Shown here: positions 31,052 through 41,048 of the stretch, piece by piece | Position numbering within the stretch: position 1 is the first letter of the stretch | How the letters are laid out: each line of letters begins with the position of its first letter | DNA from: a virus | Lineage: Duplodnaviria; Caudoviricetes | DNA: 59,104 bases | Strand: one strand, 5' to 3' | Virus record (IMG/VR): IMGVR_UViG_3300017788_000027 | Coordinates: 1-59,104 of that record | Notes under the pieces: model-generated | Told to the model about the DNA's origin: nothing | Seen by the model: the letters and a program-made list of their open reading frames with translations, nothing else | The model's database searches: none | Made by a program: the position numbers and the translations under genes

Positions 31052-32002
31052 ATGCCAGGATCACCAGGAATTTTTCCAAAAAACGATGGCGATAGTATAT
31101 ACGCAGCCGACTATAATAATATTAGTTCTGTAGTTGATTCATTATTAGGCGTTGGCCTTGCAGATTCTGGATATGGTCAAAGTTATACATCTCTGTCTCC
31201 TGGAGCAAGCACACAAATTACAGTCAGTCAGTGGTCACAGCTCAGGACTAATTTACTAAGAATAAGACAGCACCAAACAGGTTTAGATGAAAGTACGAAT
31301 TTAACCGTGCCGTCAAACGTTGATTTAATTACCAATGAACTTGTAAATCAATACAAAACTTTTGCCACAACTTGTAATTCAAATAGATTGACTATTGCAT
31401 CTAATCAAGGATCACTAGATCCATTTGCACAGACGATTGGATTTGGTAGCTGGAATGGTACAAGACAGCATGTAATTACAATTACTTTTTCTGGCCCCAA
31501 TGCCGCAAGACATTGGTTTAATGCTGGAGGACAGTTTAGATTTACAGCCAGTATGGTCGCTGCAGCCGCCAATTCTAAAAATATTAGCTGGGTAAATTTA
31601 CTAAGCAACATGGGTACTATTACTTTTAATCATGGCAGTACTACATATAGCGGCAGTGGCGCCAGTACTGTTCAAACCAGTATTGGATGGTACGGATTAA
31701 CTACGTCGGATCAAACATTGTTTGTTATGCCGGCTGCTGCTGGCGTTTATCTAGAAAACGATTATAATATTCAAGCTCGTAAAAACGCCAACGATAACAC
31801 AGCTACAGTGTTAACATTTACAATTCAGTTCAGAGACGATGACACTGGAGATCCACCAATAACTCCGTTACCAAAAGGCGCTACACCAGGTGGTGTGGAT
31901 GAAAATGTCAGCGGAGATTTAACCAGTACAGTGCAGGTCTTTAGACCAGTAGGCACAAACGTTCAACTTTCAGCACCTGCATTCACACAATCTGGTTTCT
32001 AA
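31052..32002 (+). CDS. Virion structural protein (tail-fibre associated)
   Basis: Ser/Thr/Gly/Asn-rich beta-type protein at the end of the late module. Confidence 0.6.
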   Translation: MPGSPGIFPKNDGDSIYAADYNNISSVVDSLLGVGLADSGYGQSYTSLSPGASTQITVSQWSQLRTNLLRIRQHQTGLDESTNLTVPSNVDLITNELVNQYKTFATTCNSNRLTIASNQGSLDPFAQTIGFGSWNGTRQHVITITFSGPNAARHWFNAGGQFRFTASMVAAAANSKNISWVNLLSNMGTITFNHGSTTYSGSGASTVQTSIGWYGLTTSDQTLFVMPAAAGVYLENDYNIQARKNANDNTATVLTFTIQFRDDDTGDPPITPLPKGATPGGVDENVSGDLTSTVQVFRPVGTNVQLSAPAFTQSGF

Positions 32003-32012
32003 TTCAAATTTC

Positions 32013-32041
32013 TTGACTTTTACTCTCTAACTCTATAAAAT
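32013..32041 (+). promoter_or_regulatory. Sigma70-type promoter of the glycosyltransferase/radical SAM operon
   Basis: TTGACT (32013-32018)-17 nt-TAAAAT (32036-32041), followed by an AGGAG RBS. Confidence 0.75.
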
Positions 32042-32060
32042 AGAGTATAGGAGTTTTTTT

Positions 32061-32408
32061 ATGAATAAAAACCTACAACAGGCGTTTGAAGTAGCCAATT
32101 ATATGATTACATTGGCTGATCAAAAAAGAGTTTTACAGGAAGAATTTGATCAAAATTCTGTTTATTTTTTAAATGGCGGATGTTTCAAAGTAAACAAAGA
32201 ATTAATTAACTTTGTAAAAACTCTTTTAGATTTAGGAAAAGAGAACGCAGTATTAATTGACAGTAATTCTTTGCCAGTAGAAATCGCCGATCTAAAAACT
32301 TTTTTAGATAATATCCTGCACACGCATTTTTTTGCAGTCAATTCTTATCATACCAAATATCAAAAATTAAAATCTAGCAGAACTATTGAAGGTCTTATCA
32401 GTATATGA
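32061..32408 (+). CDS. Hypothetical protein
   Basis: 115-aa ORF with AGGAG RBS; first gene of the coupled operon. Confidence 0.75.
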   Translation: MNKNLQQAFEVANYMITLADQKRVLQEEFDQNSVYFLNGGCFKVNKELINFVKTLLDLGKENAVLIDSNSLPVEIADLKTFLDNILHTHFFAVNSYHTKYQKLKSSRTIEGLISI

Positions 32409-33238
32409 CCAAAGGTGCTTTAATTTTTTCTTTTGATAATTCTGAAATAGATTATATTTCATTAGCGGCATACTCAGCTAAAAGAATTAGTAACTTCCTA
32501 AACGTTCCAGTGTCACTAATAACTAATGATATTGATAAAGCTAATGATTATAGAACTGTATTTGATCAAATTATATCTTTTGAGGATAATAGTAGACAAA
32601 TAAAAAGATTTTACACTGGATCCAATGAGTATAAAAGTGCTGTATGGTTTAATGAATCTAGGTCTAATGCATTTGTACTTTCTCCTTATGATCAAACACT
32701 AGTATTGGATTCGGATTATATTGTTAATTGTGATTTTCTAAAATATTGCTGGGCACAAAATGAGGATTTTCTATTATACGATAATTCTATGGATTTAGCC
32801 AGTTGGCGTAGTAATGAAGAATTTAAAAATGTAAGTGATTGTGGTATTAAATTTTACTGGGCTACTGTGTTTTTCTTCCGTAAAACAAAGCGTGTTGAAT
32901 TGTTTTTTGCTCTAGTAGATCATATAAAACAAAATTGGCAGTATTACTTGAAATTATACCATCTACCTGGTTCTAAATTTAGAAATGATTATGCTTTTAG
33001 TATAGCAATTAATATATTAGATGGATTTTCTAAAGAATCAAACTTTCAAACTTTTGCAAATAAAATGATATATGTTACTGACAGAGATATTCTATTAGAA
33101 CACACACAAAATAGAATGAAATTCTTATTACAGAAAAAAGGTAAGATTGATGAATACACATTAGTTACTACTGATAATTTAGATGTCCATGTTATGAGTA
33201 AATTTAGCCTATTGGAAGTGATAAAAAATAATGAATAA
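32405..33238 (+). CDS. GT-A fold glycosyltransferase-like protein
   Basis: SPYDQTLVLDSDY DxD motif and RNDYAF; paralogue of the next gene. Confidence 0.7.
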   Translation: MTKGALIFSFDNSEIDYISLAAYSAKRISNFLNVPVSLITNDIDKANDYRTVFDQIISFEDNSRQIKRFYTGSNEYKSAVWFNESRSNAFVLSPYDQTLVLDSDYIVNCDFLKYCWAQNEDFLLYDNSMDLASWRSNEEFKNVSDCGIKFYWATVFFFRKTKRVELFFALVDHIKQNWQYYLKLYHLPGSKFRNDYAFSIAINILDGFSKESNFQTFANKMIYVTDRDILLEHTQNRMKFLLQKKGKIDEYTLVTTDNLDVHVMSKFSLLEVIKNNE

Positions 33239-34043
33239 AGGTCATGTTTTTCTAGCGCAAAATTCTACTATAGATTATGTTGAGCAGGCCTTTCTGTTGG
33301 CGTCTACTATAAAACAAAATAATAAAATCAATCAAACCTGTTTAATTACTTCAGATGAAGTACCGGACAATTTTAGATCAGTGTTCGATTACGTTGTAAA
33401 AATACCTGGGGAAGATCAAGCAAAGGTATCTAAATGGAAGATAGAAAACAGGTGGAAAATCATTCATGCCACACCTTTTGAAGAGAATTTAGTCTATGAT
33501 ACAGATATGCTGGTATTATCATCAAATGATCATTGGTGGGATTTTTTGTCAAATAAGGACGTTGTATTAACTTCAAAAGTTAAAGATTTTAGAGGTAACA
33601 CTATAGTCAATGACTCATATAGAAAGACTTTTACTAGCAATAATCTTCCTAACGTGTACATGGGTGTTCATTATTTTAAAAAGAGCCCAAAAGCATTTGA
33701 ATTTTATAAATGGCTCGAAGTTATCACTAAAAATTATAAAGATTTTTATTCTAAATTTTTATCTAAGAATCAACAGAGATTTTGTAGTATGGATGTAAAT
33801 GCCGCATTAACTGTCAAATTTATGGATGCTGAAGCAGAATTTATGATAGATACAGATACGCCTTCATTTGTACATATGAAATCAGATATACAGGGCTGGG
33901 GGTCAAAATCATCTTTTTGGCAGGATATAATAACCTGGCACTATAACAAACAGTTAATAGTGGGAAATATTCTACAGACTGGCGTTTTTCATTATACAGA
34001 AGATGATTTTTTAACGGAAGAATTATATGGAAGTATTAACTGA
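33231..34043 (+). CDS. GT-A fold glycosyltransferase-like protein
   Basis: TPFEENLVYDTDML DxD motif, FVHMK and FHY. Confidence 0.7.
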   Translation: MNKGHVFLAQNSTIDYVEQAFLLASTIKQNNKINQTCLITSDEVPDNFRSVFDYVVKIPGEDQAKVSKWKIENRWKIIHATPFEENLVYDTDMLVLSSNDHWWDFLSNKDVVLTSKVKDFRGNTIVNDSYRKTFTSNNLPNVYMGVHYFKKSPKAFEFYKWLEVITKNYKDFYSKFLSKNQQRFCSMDVNAALTVKFMDAEAEFMIDTDTPSFVHMKSDIQGWGSKSSFWQDIITWHYNKQLIVGNILQTGVFHYTEDDFLTEELYGSIN

Positions 34044-34617
34044 GGAAGAACTTCTTTTAGCCAAGCAGAGATATATACCACCTACTCATGCCTATATCTA
34101 TTATAATGATAATAGGAAAGTTGTTAGTATTTCACCTATAAAATATGATCATGAAGTAACAAATTTTATAGAAGTGCCATTTATTAGGGCACTAGATTTC
34201 TTAGAAGGAAAAAAAGATCCTGCTAGGTATGATTTAGAATATTTTAAAACTGGTAAAGAAAAACTATTGGATACTAAAAAGGTATTGCGAAAAAATCTTA
34301 TATTTCAAATACCAGAAATTAATACTCTAGCTGAAGTAACTTTTGTACATAATATCAAAAATAAAAGATGGGAAGTATCTTTAACTAATTCGGCCATAGA
34401 CGAATTAGAAAAAATGAACTTGAACACAGTTTTAAAATTCTATGTTACAGTTAAATCTAGACCACAGTTATTGATACGTACTATAGATATAAAAGGTACT
34501 GAACTGATAACAAAAAAGTTTATTAATTTTTCTACAGAATACGAGTTAAATTTAGATAAAATTAGTTTATATACATATCCTGAATTTAATTCTTACGGAG
34601 TTAAAAAGAATGACTAA
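34027..34617 (+). CDS. Hypothetical protein
   Basis: 196-aa ORF overlapping both neighbours; no motif recognised. Confidence 0.7.
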   Translation: MEVLTEEELLLAKQRYIPPTHAYIYYNDNRKVVSISPIKYDHEVTNFIEVPFIRALDFLEGKKDPARYDLEYFKTGKEKLLDTKKVLRKNLIFQIPEINTLAEVTFVHNIKNKRWEVSLTNSAIDELEKMNLNTVLKFYVTVKSRPQLLIRTIDIKGTELITKKFINFSTEYELNLDKISLYTYPEFNSYGVKKND

Positions 34618-35518
34618 ATTGAAAGTTACTGATTTTGATATAGTATATCTCAGCTATGATGAACCTAATGCTGAAAAAAATTACGCAGATTTATTAACAA
34701 AAGTTCCTTGGGCTAAACGTGTGCATGGAGTCAAAGGCAGTGACAGCGCACATAAAGCCTGTGCTAATCTCAGTGAAACTGATAGATTTATAACCATTGA
34801 CGGTGATAATATTATTAGAGCTGAATTTGTAAATCAAGAAATTGATATTGACGACAGTGTGGACCTAAGTCGAAGCGTTATTAGTTGGGGTGCGTATAAC
34901 TTAATCAACGGACTAATATATGGCAACGGTGGTATAAAATGTTGGCCTAAGGATCTAGTGTTAAACATGCGAACGCACGAAAACGCAGACCCATCAAATG
35001 ATAAGGGTCAAGTTGATTTTTGTTGGGACGTTCAATATATACAACAAGATTCTTGCTTCAGCGACATACACAATAATGCAACACCTTTACAAGCATGGCG
35101 TGCTGGATTTCGTGAAGGTGTAAAAATGACACTGCTAGAAGGCACTAAGTTGGCAGATCCGGGTCAGACCACAAAACTAGTTCACTGGAAAAATTTAGAA
35201 AGACTGCTTGTTTGGTGTAATGTTGGATTAGATTCGCTTAACGGTATATGGGCTATATATGGCGCAAGACAGGGCTGTTATATGACTAATTTAACAGACT
35301 GGGATTTTAAAAACGTTAGAGATTTTGAATATCTTAATGAACTTTGGACAACTACAGTATCTAAAGAAATTGATGATTATAATATCTCTGATAAAATTGT
35401 TGAACTAGGCAAAGAAATCTCTAGCAATCTTGATCTGCCAATGGGCTATATGGACTCAGAAGCCAGTAAGTTTTTTAAGATGGTTTACAGAAATCCCAGT
35501 AGGACTAAAACAAAATAA
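34610..35518 (+). CDS. Glycosyltransferase-like protein (GT-A, DGD motif)
   Basis: DIVYLSYDEPNA...GVKG..AH...IDGDN...YGNGG...AWRAGFRE. Confidence 0.65.
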   Translation: MTKLKVTDFDIVYLSYDEPNAEKNYADLLTKVPWAKRVHGVKGSDSAHKACANLSETDRFITIDGDNIIRAEFVNQEIDIDDSVDLSRSVISWGAYNLINGLIYGNGGIKCWPKDLVLNMRTHENADPSNDKGQVDFCWDVQYIQQDSCFSDIHNNATPLQAWRAGFREGVKMTLLEGTKLADPGQTTKLVHWKNLERLLVWCNVGLDSLNGIWAIYGARQGCYMTNLTDWDFKNVRDFEYLNELWTTTVSKEIDDYNISDKIVELGKEISSNLDLPMGYMDSEASKFFKMVYRNPSRTKTK

Positions 35519-36216
35519 TGTACGATATTGTTTTTATCAGTTATAATGAACTTAATGCTGATGAGAATTGGCAGAGGCTGAAATCTAGATTTCCTATGGC
35601 ATCTCATATACACGGAGTCAAAGGGATACATCAAGCGCATATTGCCGCAGCGAAATCTTGCTTTACAAATATGTTTTGGGTTATTGATGGAGATGCAGAA
35701 ATTTTAGATGATTTTGATTTTAGTTATATAGTACCTAAACATCAATTACATACCGTGCATGTGTGGCGTAGTCGCAACCCAATAAATGATCTAGAATATG
35801 GAAATGGAGGGGTTAAATTGTTACCAAGGAATCTAACTATAAACATGGATACTGGTAGAACTGACATGACTACGAGTATCAGTCAACACTTTAAAGCGGT
35901 AAAAGAAGTTAGTAATGTGACAGTGTTTAATACTAATCCTTTTAATACTTGGCGTAGCGCATATAGAGAATGTGCAAAACTAGCAGGTAGGATCATTGAT
36001 AGACAAAAAAACGATGAAACTGAATATAGATTAAATGTCTGGTGCACAGTCGGTGGAGACAGGCCATATGGAAAATTTGCGATAGATGGTGCAAATCATG
36101 GGAAACTTTATGGAAGTCAATGGGCTCATGACGTTTCAAAAATGTCAAAAATAAATGATTTTGATTATTTAAAAACCCTTTACGATATGTTAGGTGTCGA
36201 AGAAAAATGCAAATAA
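35518..36216 (+). CDS. Glycosyltransferase-like protein (paralogue of the preceding gene)
   Basis: DIVFISYNELNA...GVKG..AH...IDGDA...YGNGG...TWRSAYRE. Confidence 0.65.
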   Translation: MYDIVFISYNELNADENWQRLKSRFPMASHIHGVKGIHQAHIAAAKSCFTNMFWVIDGDAEILDDFDFSYIVPKHQLHTVHVWRSRNPINDLEYGNGGVKLLPRNLTINMDTGRTDMTTSISQHFKAVKEVSNVTVFNTNPFNTWRSAYRECAKLAGRIIDRQKNDETEYRLNVWCTVGGDRPYGKFAIDGANHGKLYGSQWAHDVSKMSKINDFDYLKTLYDMLGVEEKCK

Positions 36217-37436
36217 AAGATTATTTAGATAGGTTTGAGCTTTTATTTCCTGACAATGAAAATCTTAAAGACTATAGGCGCGCCTACAATGATAAAGATT
36301 TATCTAGTATATTTAAATTGTTAGATAATGATGAGTTGCGTAAGGCAGTTATGGAGGAAAATTTACATAGTATTTTTAGAGTATTAGAACCGCATTCTTT
36401 AAAAAATCTTAAATTAGATAAAGAAGATTTTAGAAAAGCTATTTTAGAAAAAAACTTGCACAGTGTTTTTAGATTATTGGACAAATCATCTACAAAAGAA
36501 ACACAGATAAATTTAGATGATTTTAGAAAATCAGTGATTGAACACAATTTATCTAGTATATTTCGCATTTTAGAATCATCAATAATTGATCTAGATTTCA
36601 ATGTTTCTGATTTTAGAAAAGCGGTTATGAATAATAATCTGCGCAGTATTTTTAGATTTTTTGATTGTGATGACATCCGAAAAGCCGTTATAGATAAAAA
36701 TTTAGACTGCATTTTTAGAATAGAACCAAATGAAACTCTTAGAAAATTGATATTTGAAGACAATTATAAAGTACTATGGGAAATCCTAACTGAAAATGCA
36801 AGAACAACTTTTGTTCAGACTCTTAAATTTATATACAATAATAAAATAGAATTTGATTACAATAGTTTTAGTCAAGGGCAAATTAAAAGTAAGATCTGGT
36901 TGATAAAAGAACTAAAAAAATTAAATTTAAATTTGGGAGTAGTGTTTTTATGTGCAGGATGGTACGCTACACTGGCAACACTTCTTTTTGAGAATGATTT
37001 TCAAATTACTAAAATAAGAAGTTTTGATGTAGATCCGGCCTGTGCTGATATGGCAGACAGGTTTAATAAACCATGGGTGTTGCAGGAATGGAAATTTAAA
37101 TCTTCTACAAAGGATATTTTAGATATAGATTATAATATTGATCTTTACCAAGTTAAAAAATCTGACGGTACATTAGAAACTTGCAAAGACAGACCGGATA
37201 CAATTATTAATACAAGTTGCGAACATATTAAAAATTTCGATCAATGGTATGACAGAATTCCAATAGGAAAATTGCTTATATTACAAACAAACAATTATTT
37301 TGATATCGATGATCACGTTAATTGCAGTAAAAATTTAGAAGAGTTTGCAAAAAATACTCCTATGTCTAAATTGTTGTATCAGGGCGAGCTAGATTTAGTT
37401 AAGTATAAAAGATTTATGAGGATCGGCTACAAATGA
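36207..37436 (+). CDS. Class I SAM-dependent methyltransferase-like protein with N-terminal tandem helical repeats
   Basis: C-terminal VFLCAGWY...IRSFDVDP...IINTSCEH Rossmann pattern; seven N-terminal repeats. Confidence 0.65.
   Translation: MQIKDYLDRFELLFPDNENLKDYRRAYNDKDLSSIFKLLDNDELRKAVMEENLHSIFRVLEPHSLKNLKLDKEDFRKAILEKNLHSVFRLLDKSSTKETQINLDDFRKSVIEHNLSSIFRILESSIIDLDFNVSDFRKAVMNNNLRSIFRFFDCDDIRKAVIDKNLDCIFRIEPNETLRKLIFEDNYKVLWEILTENARTTFVQTLKFIYNNKIEFDYNSFSQGQIKSKIWLIKELKKLNLNLGVVFLCAGWYATLATLLFENDFQITKIRSFDVDPACADMADRFNKPWVLQEWKFKSSTKDILDIDYNIDLYQVKKSDGTLETCKDRPDTIINTSCEHIKNFDQWYDRIPIGKLLILQTNNYFDIDDHVNCSKNLEEFAKNTPMSKLLYQGELDLVKYKRFMRIGYK
36273..36788 (+). repeat. Seven degenerate in-frame repeats (21-31 aa), consensus [FLI]RK[AS]VxxxNLxS[IV]FR
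   Basis: LRKAVMEENLHSIFRVL, FRKAILEKNLHSVFRLL, FRKSVIEHNLSSIFRIL, FRKAVMNNNLRSIFRFF and IRKAVIDKNLDCIFRIE, plus two degenerate flanking copies. GATTTTAGAAAA recurs in the DNA. Confidence 0.9.
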
Positions 37437-38602
37437 TCTATCAGTACAAGGATATCAGAACAGTTCATTTGGAAATTACAGAACGTTGTAATGCTAGTTG
37501 TCCTATGTGTGCTAGAAATATAAATGGTGGTGAGGATAACCCTTATCTTAAGGACAACGAATTGACGTTGGAAGACTGTAAAAAGATTTTCCCTTCAGAG
37601 TTTATACAGCAATTGGATAGAATGTATATGTGCGGAAATTTTGGAGATCCAATCGCCGCTAGAGATACATTGGAGGTATTTGAGTATTTTAGAGCGAATA
37701 ATTCTAAAATGAATTTGACTATGTATACCAATGGTAGTGCGAAACGACCCGAATGGTGGAAGCACCTTGCACAGGTATTAGGTAAAAATGCTTATGTAGT
37801 GTTTAGTATTGACGGGCTAGGAGATACTAATCATTTGTACAGACAGAATACAAATTGGTCGAAAATAATAGAAAATGCTAAAGCGTTTATTTCCGCAGGA
37901 GGCCGAGCTCGATGGGATTATATTGTTTTCGCGCACAACGAACATCAAGTTGAAACTGCAGAAGCACTAAGCAAACATATGGGATTTGAAAAGTTTCAAT
38001 ATAAAAAGAGCGCAAGATTTTTTAGTAATAATAGTGGAGTTACTAAAGAAATGCATCAAGCTATGAGCAGAAAAGGCACATCTACTCTGTTACAAGCGCC
38101 GACGAACTCTAAATATCGAAATAGTGTGCTAGATCAGATCAGTAAAGTTGTTGGTAAAGAAGAAGTTATTAAGTTTTTGCCGTCAAAAAAATCAGAAGCA
38201 TTACAAGTTCAAGGAAATCAAAAATTTAGTTCAACCCCTGAATTAAAATCTAAATTGGAAAAAGAGTTGGATTCGGCTGTCATAAAATGTAAAGTAGCTG
38301 AGGAAAAATCGCTATATATAAGTGCTGAAGGTATCGTGCAGCCATGTTGTTGGACAGCGGGGCAAATGTACGTTTGGTATTACAAACCAGAAGCTTCGCA
38401 AATTTGGCAGGCGATTAACATTGTAGGAAAAGATAGCATAAATGCGAAAAATCACAATTTAGAGGATATAGTGAACGGATTATATTTTCAATCAGTAATA
38501 CCTAATAGCTGGAATAAGACTAGCTGTGCTGACGGAAAATTAGCAGTATGTGCCAAAACTTGCGGTACTAAGTATGATGCTTTTGCAGAGCAGTTTAAAT
38601 GA
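37433..38602 (+). CDS. Radical SAM enzyme with C-terminal twitch/SPASM-like domain
   Basis: CNASCPMC; CGNFGDP in place of GGEP; FSIDG; C-terminal CK...PCC...CAKTC. Confidence 0.9.
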   Translation: MIYQYKDIRTVHLEITERCNASCPMCARNINGGEDNPYLKDNELTLEDCKKIFPSEFIQQLDRMYMCGNFGDPIAARDTLEVFEYFRANNSKMNLTMYTNGSAKRPEWWKHLAQVLGKNAYVVFSIDGLGDTNHLYRQNTNWSKIIENAKAFISAGGRARWDYIVFAHNEHQVETAEALSKHMGFEKFQYKKSARFFSNNSGVTKEMHQAMSRKGTSTLLQAPTNSKYRNSVLDQISKVVGKEEVIKFLPSKKSEALQVQGNQKFSSTPELKSKLEKELDSAVIKCKVAEEKSLYISAEGIVQPCCWTAGQMYVWYYKPEASQIWQAINIVGKDSINAKNHNLEDIVNGLYFQSVIPNSWNKTSCADGKLAVCAKTCGTKYDAFAEQFK

Positions 38603-39645
38603 ACATTAATAATATTAGAAAAATTGAATTGGAAATCACAAGCAATTGTAATGCTGCTTGTCCTGGATGTGCTAGAACACAAAATTCGGATATTCTAGAA
38701 ATTCGTAGTTTTACACTAACCGATTTAAAAAGAATATTTCCTGAGGCATCTTATATTAAGAACAAACAATTTAAATTTTGCGGGGTGCTAGGAGATCCAG
38801 CATTTAATTCAGAATGTGTTGACATGGTGGAATATCTAACATTATTTGGTGGGCATTGCCAACTCAGTACTAATGGTGGAATACAAACAACAGATTGGTG
38901 GAAAAGATTAGGTGCAATAAGTAATAGGACAAAAAAAGTTGATGTGGTATTTTGTGTAGATGGACATAAAGAAACCAATCATATTTACCGAGTTAACACA
39001 GTGTTTGATGTTATAGCACGTAACATGGAATCATACGCAACTGCAGGTGGTATTGGTACTTGGATGTTTATTGTGTTCGATCACAATGAGCATGAACTTC
39101 CAGCAGCTGAAAGTCATGCTAAACAGTTGGGTTTTAAATTTGCTACCAGAACCGGTATGAGAAATAGCATACATGATTGGGTTGCAGTTGTTAGTAAAAA
39201 GCAGCAAGGAAAGCTGATAAAGGAGCAAGTGGTTATTACTACCACTGGAGAAAAAGAACACAGCAAAAAAGAACAGGTTAAAGAATTACAAAAATTTATC
39301 GAGGCACCCAAAAAAGAAAAAAAGCAAGAAATCCTAGATTCCATTGTGTGCAAACTAGTTCATGAAGGCGAGATCTTTATTGCATCGGATCAGACTATGT
39401 GGCCCTGTTGTTTTCTTTGGGACAGTTATTTTAAAAATAAAGAAAATATTAGACAAAAACTTAATGGTTATTCTGATGGGTGGAATAGTTTAAAAGATAA
39501 ATCGATCAACGATGTCCTTCAAACTGAATGGTTTGATGAGGTATTAACCCTTAGTTGGGATCCATCACACAATAAACATTTAGATAGATGTATCAGAACT
39601 TGTGCTAAAAATAAAGCATATCAAAATGAGATTAAATTTAAATGA
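38599..39645 (+). CDS. Radical SAM enzyme with C-terminal twitch/SPASM-like domain (paralogue of the preceding gene)
   Basis: CNAACPGC; CGVLGDP; CK...PCC...CIRTC. Confidence 0.9.
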   Translation: MNINNIRKIELEITSNCNAACPGCARTQNSDILEIRSFTLTDLKRIFPEASYIKNKQFKFCGVLGDPAFNSECVDMVEYLTLFGGHCQLSTNGGIQTTDWWKRLGAISNRTKKVDVVFCVDGHKETNHIYRVNTVFDVIARNMESYATAGGIGTWMFIVFDHNEHELPAAESHAKQLGFKFATRTGMRNSIHDWVAVVSKKQQGKLIKEQVVITTTGEKEHSKKEQVKELQKFIEAPKKEKKQEILDSIVCKLVHEGEIFIASDQTMWPCCFLWDSYFKNKENIRQKLNGYSDGWNSLKDKSINDVLQTEWFDEVLTLSWDPSHNKHLDRCIRTCAKNKAYQNEIKFK

Positions 39646-41048
39646 CAGATAAAAAGATACCTTCAGAAACATTTTGTATACTTCCCTGGGTCCATCTAAG
39701 TACCCGACCAGATGGCAGTATGCGAGTCTGTTGCACAGCTAATGCCAGTAGTGTCGGCCCCACTAATGATAAACAACACGGGGGGATGGTAGGAATATTA
39801 AAAACAGACGAGGGCAAACCCAGCAATTTAAATGTAAGTGATTTTTTATCTAGTTGGAACAGCACGTATATGAAAAATGTTCGTAAACAAATGCTTAACG
39901 GAGAGCAACCGCCTAGTTGTTTAAAGTGTTATAAAGAAGAAGCTGCCGGGCATAAAAGTAAAAGAATGTGGGAAACTGCCTATTGGATGGATCGTGTAGA
40001 TTTAGATCAATTGATTGCTGATACAGCACCTGATGGGTCAATACCGCCCAAGTTAAGTTACATCGATCTACGATTCGGAACGAAATGTCAATTGGCCTGT
40101 GTAATGTGCAGTCCACACGATAGTAGTGGGTGGATCAAAGACTGGCAGGCAATACACCCGCAAATAGAAAACCCCACATTAAAGCAAACTACTATGTGGG
40201 CTAACAAAGGTAGCACCAATGGCAGCAGTTATAATTGGCATAAAAATAATCCGGTTTTTTGGCAGCAATTTTATGATCAAATACCGAACATGCAACAATT
40301 ATATTTTGCTGGTGGCGAAAGCCTGATTATCGAAGAACACTATGAAATTTTGGAAGAATGCATACGTCAAGGACATGCAAAAAATTTAGAATTGCGTTAT
40401 AATAGCAATGGGGTAGAATGGCGCGAAGACCTATTTGAATTGTGGAAACAATTTAAATTAGTTCGTTTTCATTATAGTGTCGACAGTATATATGAGATGA
40501 ACGACTATATTCGTTACCCTAGTAAATGGAGTCGTACCGCAGAAGTGTTTCATATATTAGATACACAAACACCTGATAACACAGAAGTCACTGTGGCCTG
40601 TGCAGTGCAGGCGCTAAACATCTATTACATTCCAGATTTTATTAAATGGAAATTAGAGCAAGGGTTTAAGAAAATCAATATGTGGCCTTTTGGTGCTGGA
40701 GGAGTCAATTATCATTTTGTTTATCACCCGCCACATTTAAATGTAAAAGTATTGCCTGAGTGGTTTAAGAAAAAATGCAGAGAAAAATATGAATTATTTT
40801 ACCCATGGTGGGAAGCTAATTGGGAAAAGGGTATACCTGAATGGCATAAGGGCAGGGTAACATATGAACAATGGCGCAACGCTGGCTACGGGATTGATCG
40901 TTTAGAAGGTATGCTTAATTTTATGGAAAGTGAAGATTGGGGCGTCAGATTACCAGAAATGAAAGAATTTTTAGAACTCTGTGATAAACAAAGAAATAAT
41001 AGTTTTTATGATATTTTTTCAGAGATGAAAGACATTTTTAATGACTAA
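39642..41048 (+). CDS. Radical SAM enzyme with N-terminal twitch domain
   Basis: FCILPW...RVCC...CLKC, then CQLACVMC and FAGGE. Confidence 0.9.
   Translation: MTDKKIPSETFCILPWVHLSTRPDGSMRVCCTANASSVGPTNDKQHGGMVGILKTDEGKPSNLNVSDFLSSWNSTYMKNVRKQMLNGEQPPSCLKCYKEEAAGHKSKRMWETAYWMDRVDLDQLIADTAPDGSIPPKLSYIDLRFGTKCQLACVMCSPHDSSGWIKDWQAIHPQIENPTLKQTTMWANKGSTNGSSYNWHKNNPVFWQQFYDQIPNMQQLYFAGGESLIIEEHYEILEECIRQGHAKNLELRYNSNGVEWREDLFELWKQFKLVRFHYSVDSIYEMNDYIRYPSKWSRTAEVFHILDTQTPDNTEVTVACAVQALNIYYIPDFIKWKLEQGFKKINMWPFGAGGVNYHFVYHPPHLNVKVLPEWFKKKCREKYELFYPWWEANWEKGIPEWHKGRVTYEQWRNAGYGIDRLEGMLNFMESEDWGVRLPEMKEFLELCDKQRNNSFYDIFSEMKDIFND

Noticed and set aside
4053-31611. Many minus-strand ORFs of 60-150 aa inside structural genes
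   Set aside because: Antisense shadows of long, codon-biased genes; no recognisable motifs.
26178-32002. Diversity-generating retroelement or invertible fibre cassette
   Set aside because: No reverse transcriptase, recombinase or near-identical template/variable repeat pair was seen.
36284-36763. 159-aa antisense ORF with repeats
   Set aside because: Mirror of the sense-strand protein repeats.
36273-36788. Repeated DNA as a possible CRISPR array
   Set aside because: Repeats are degenerate, in frame and conserved at protein level; there are no identical repeats with unique spacers.
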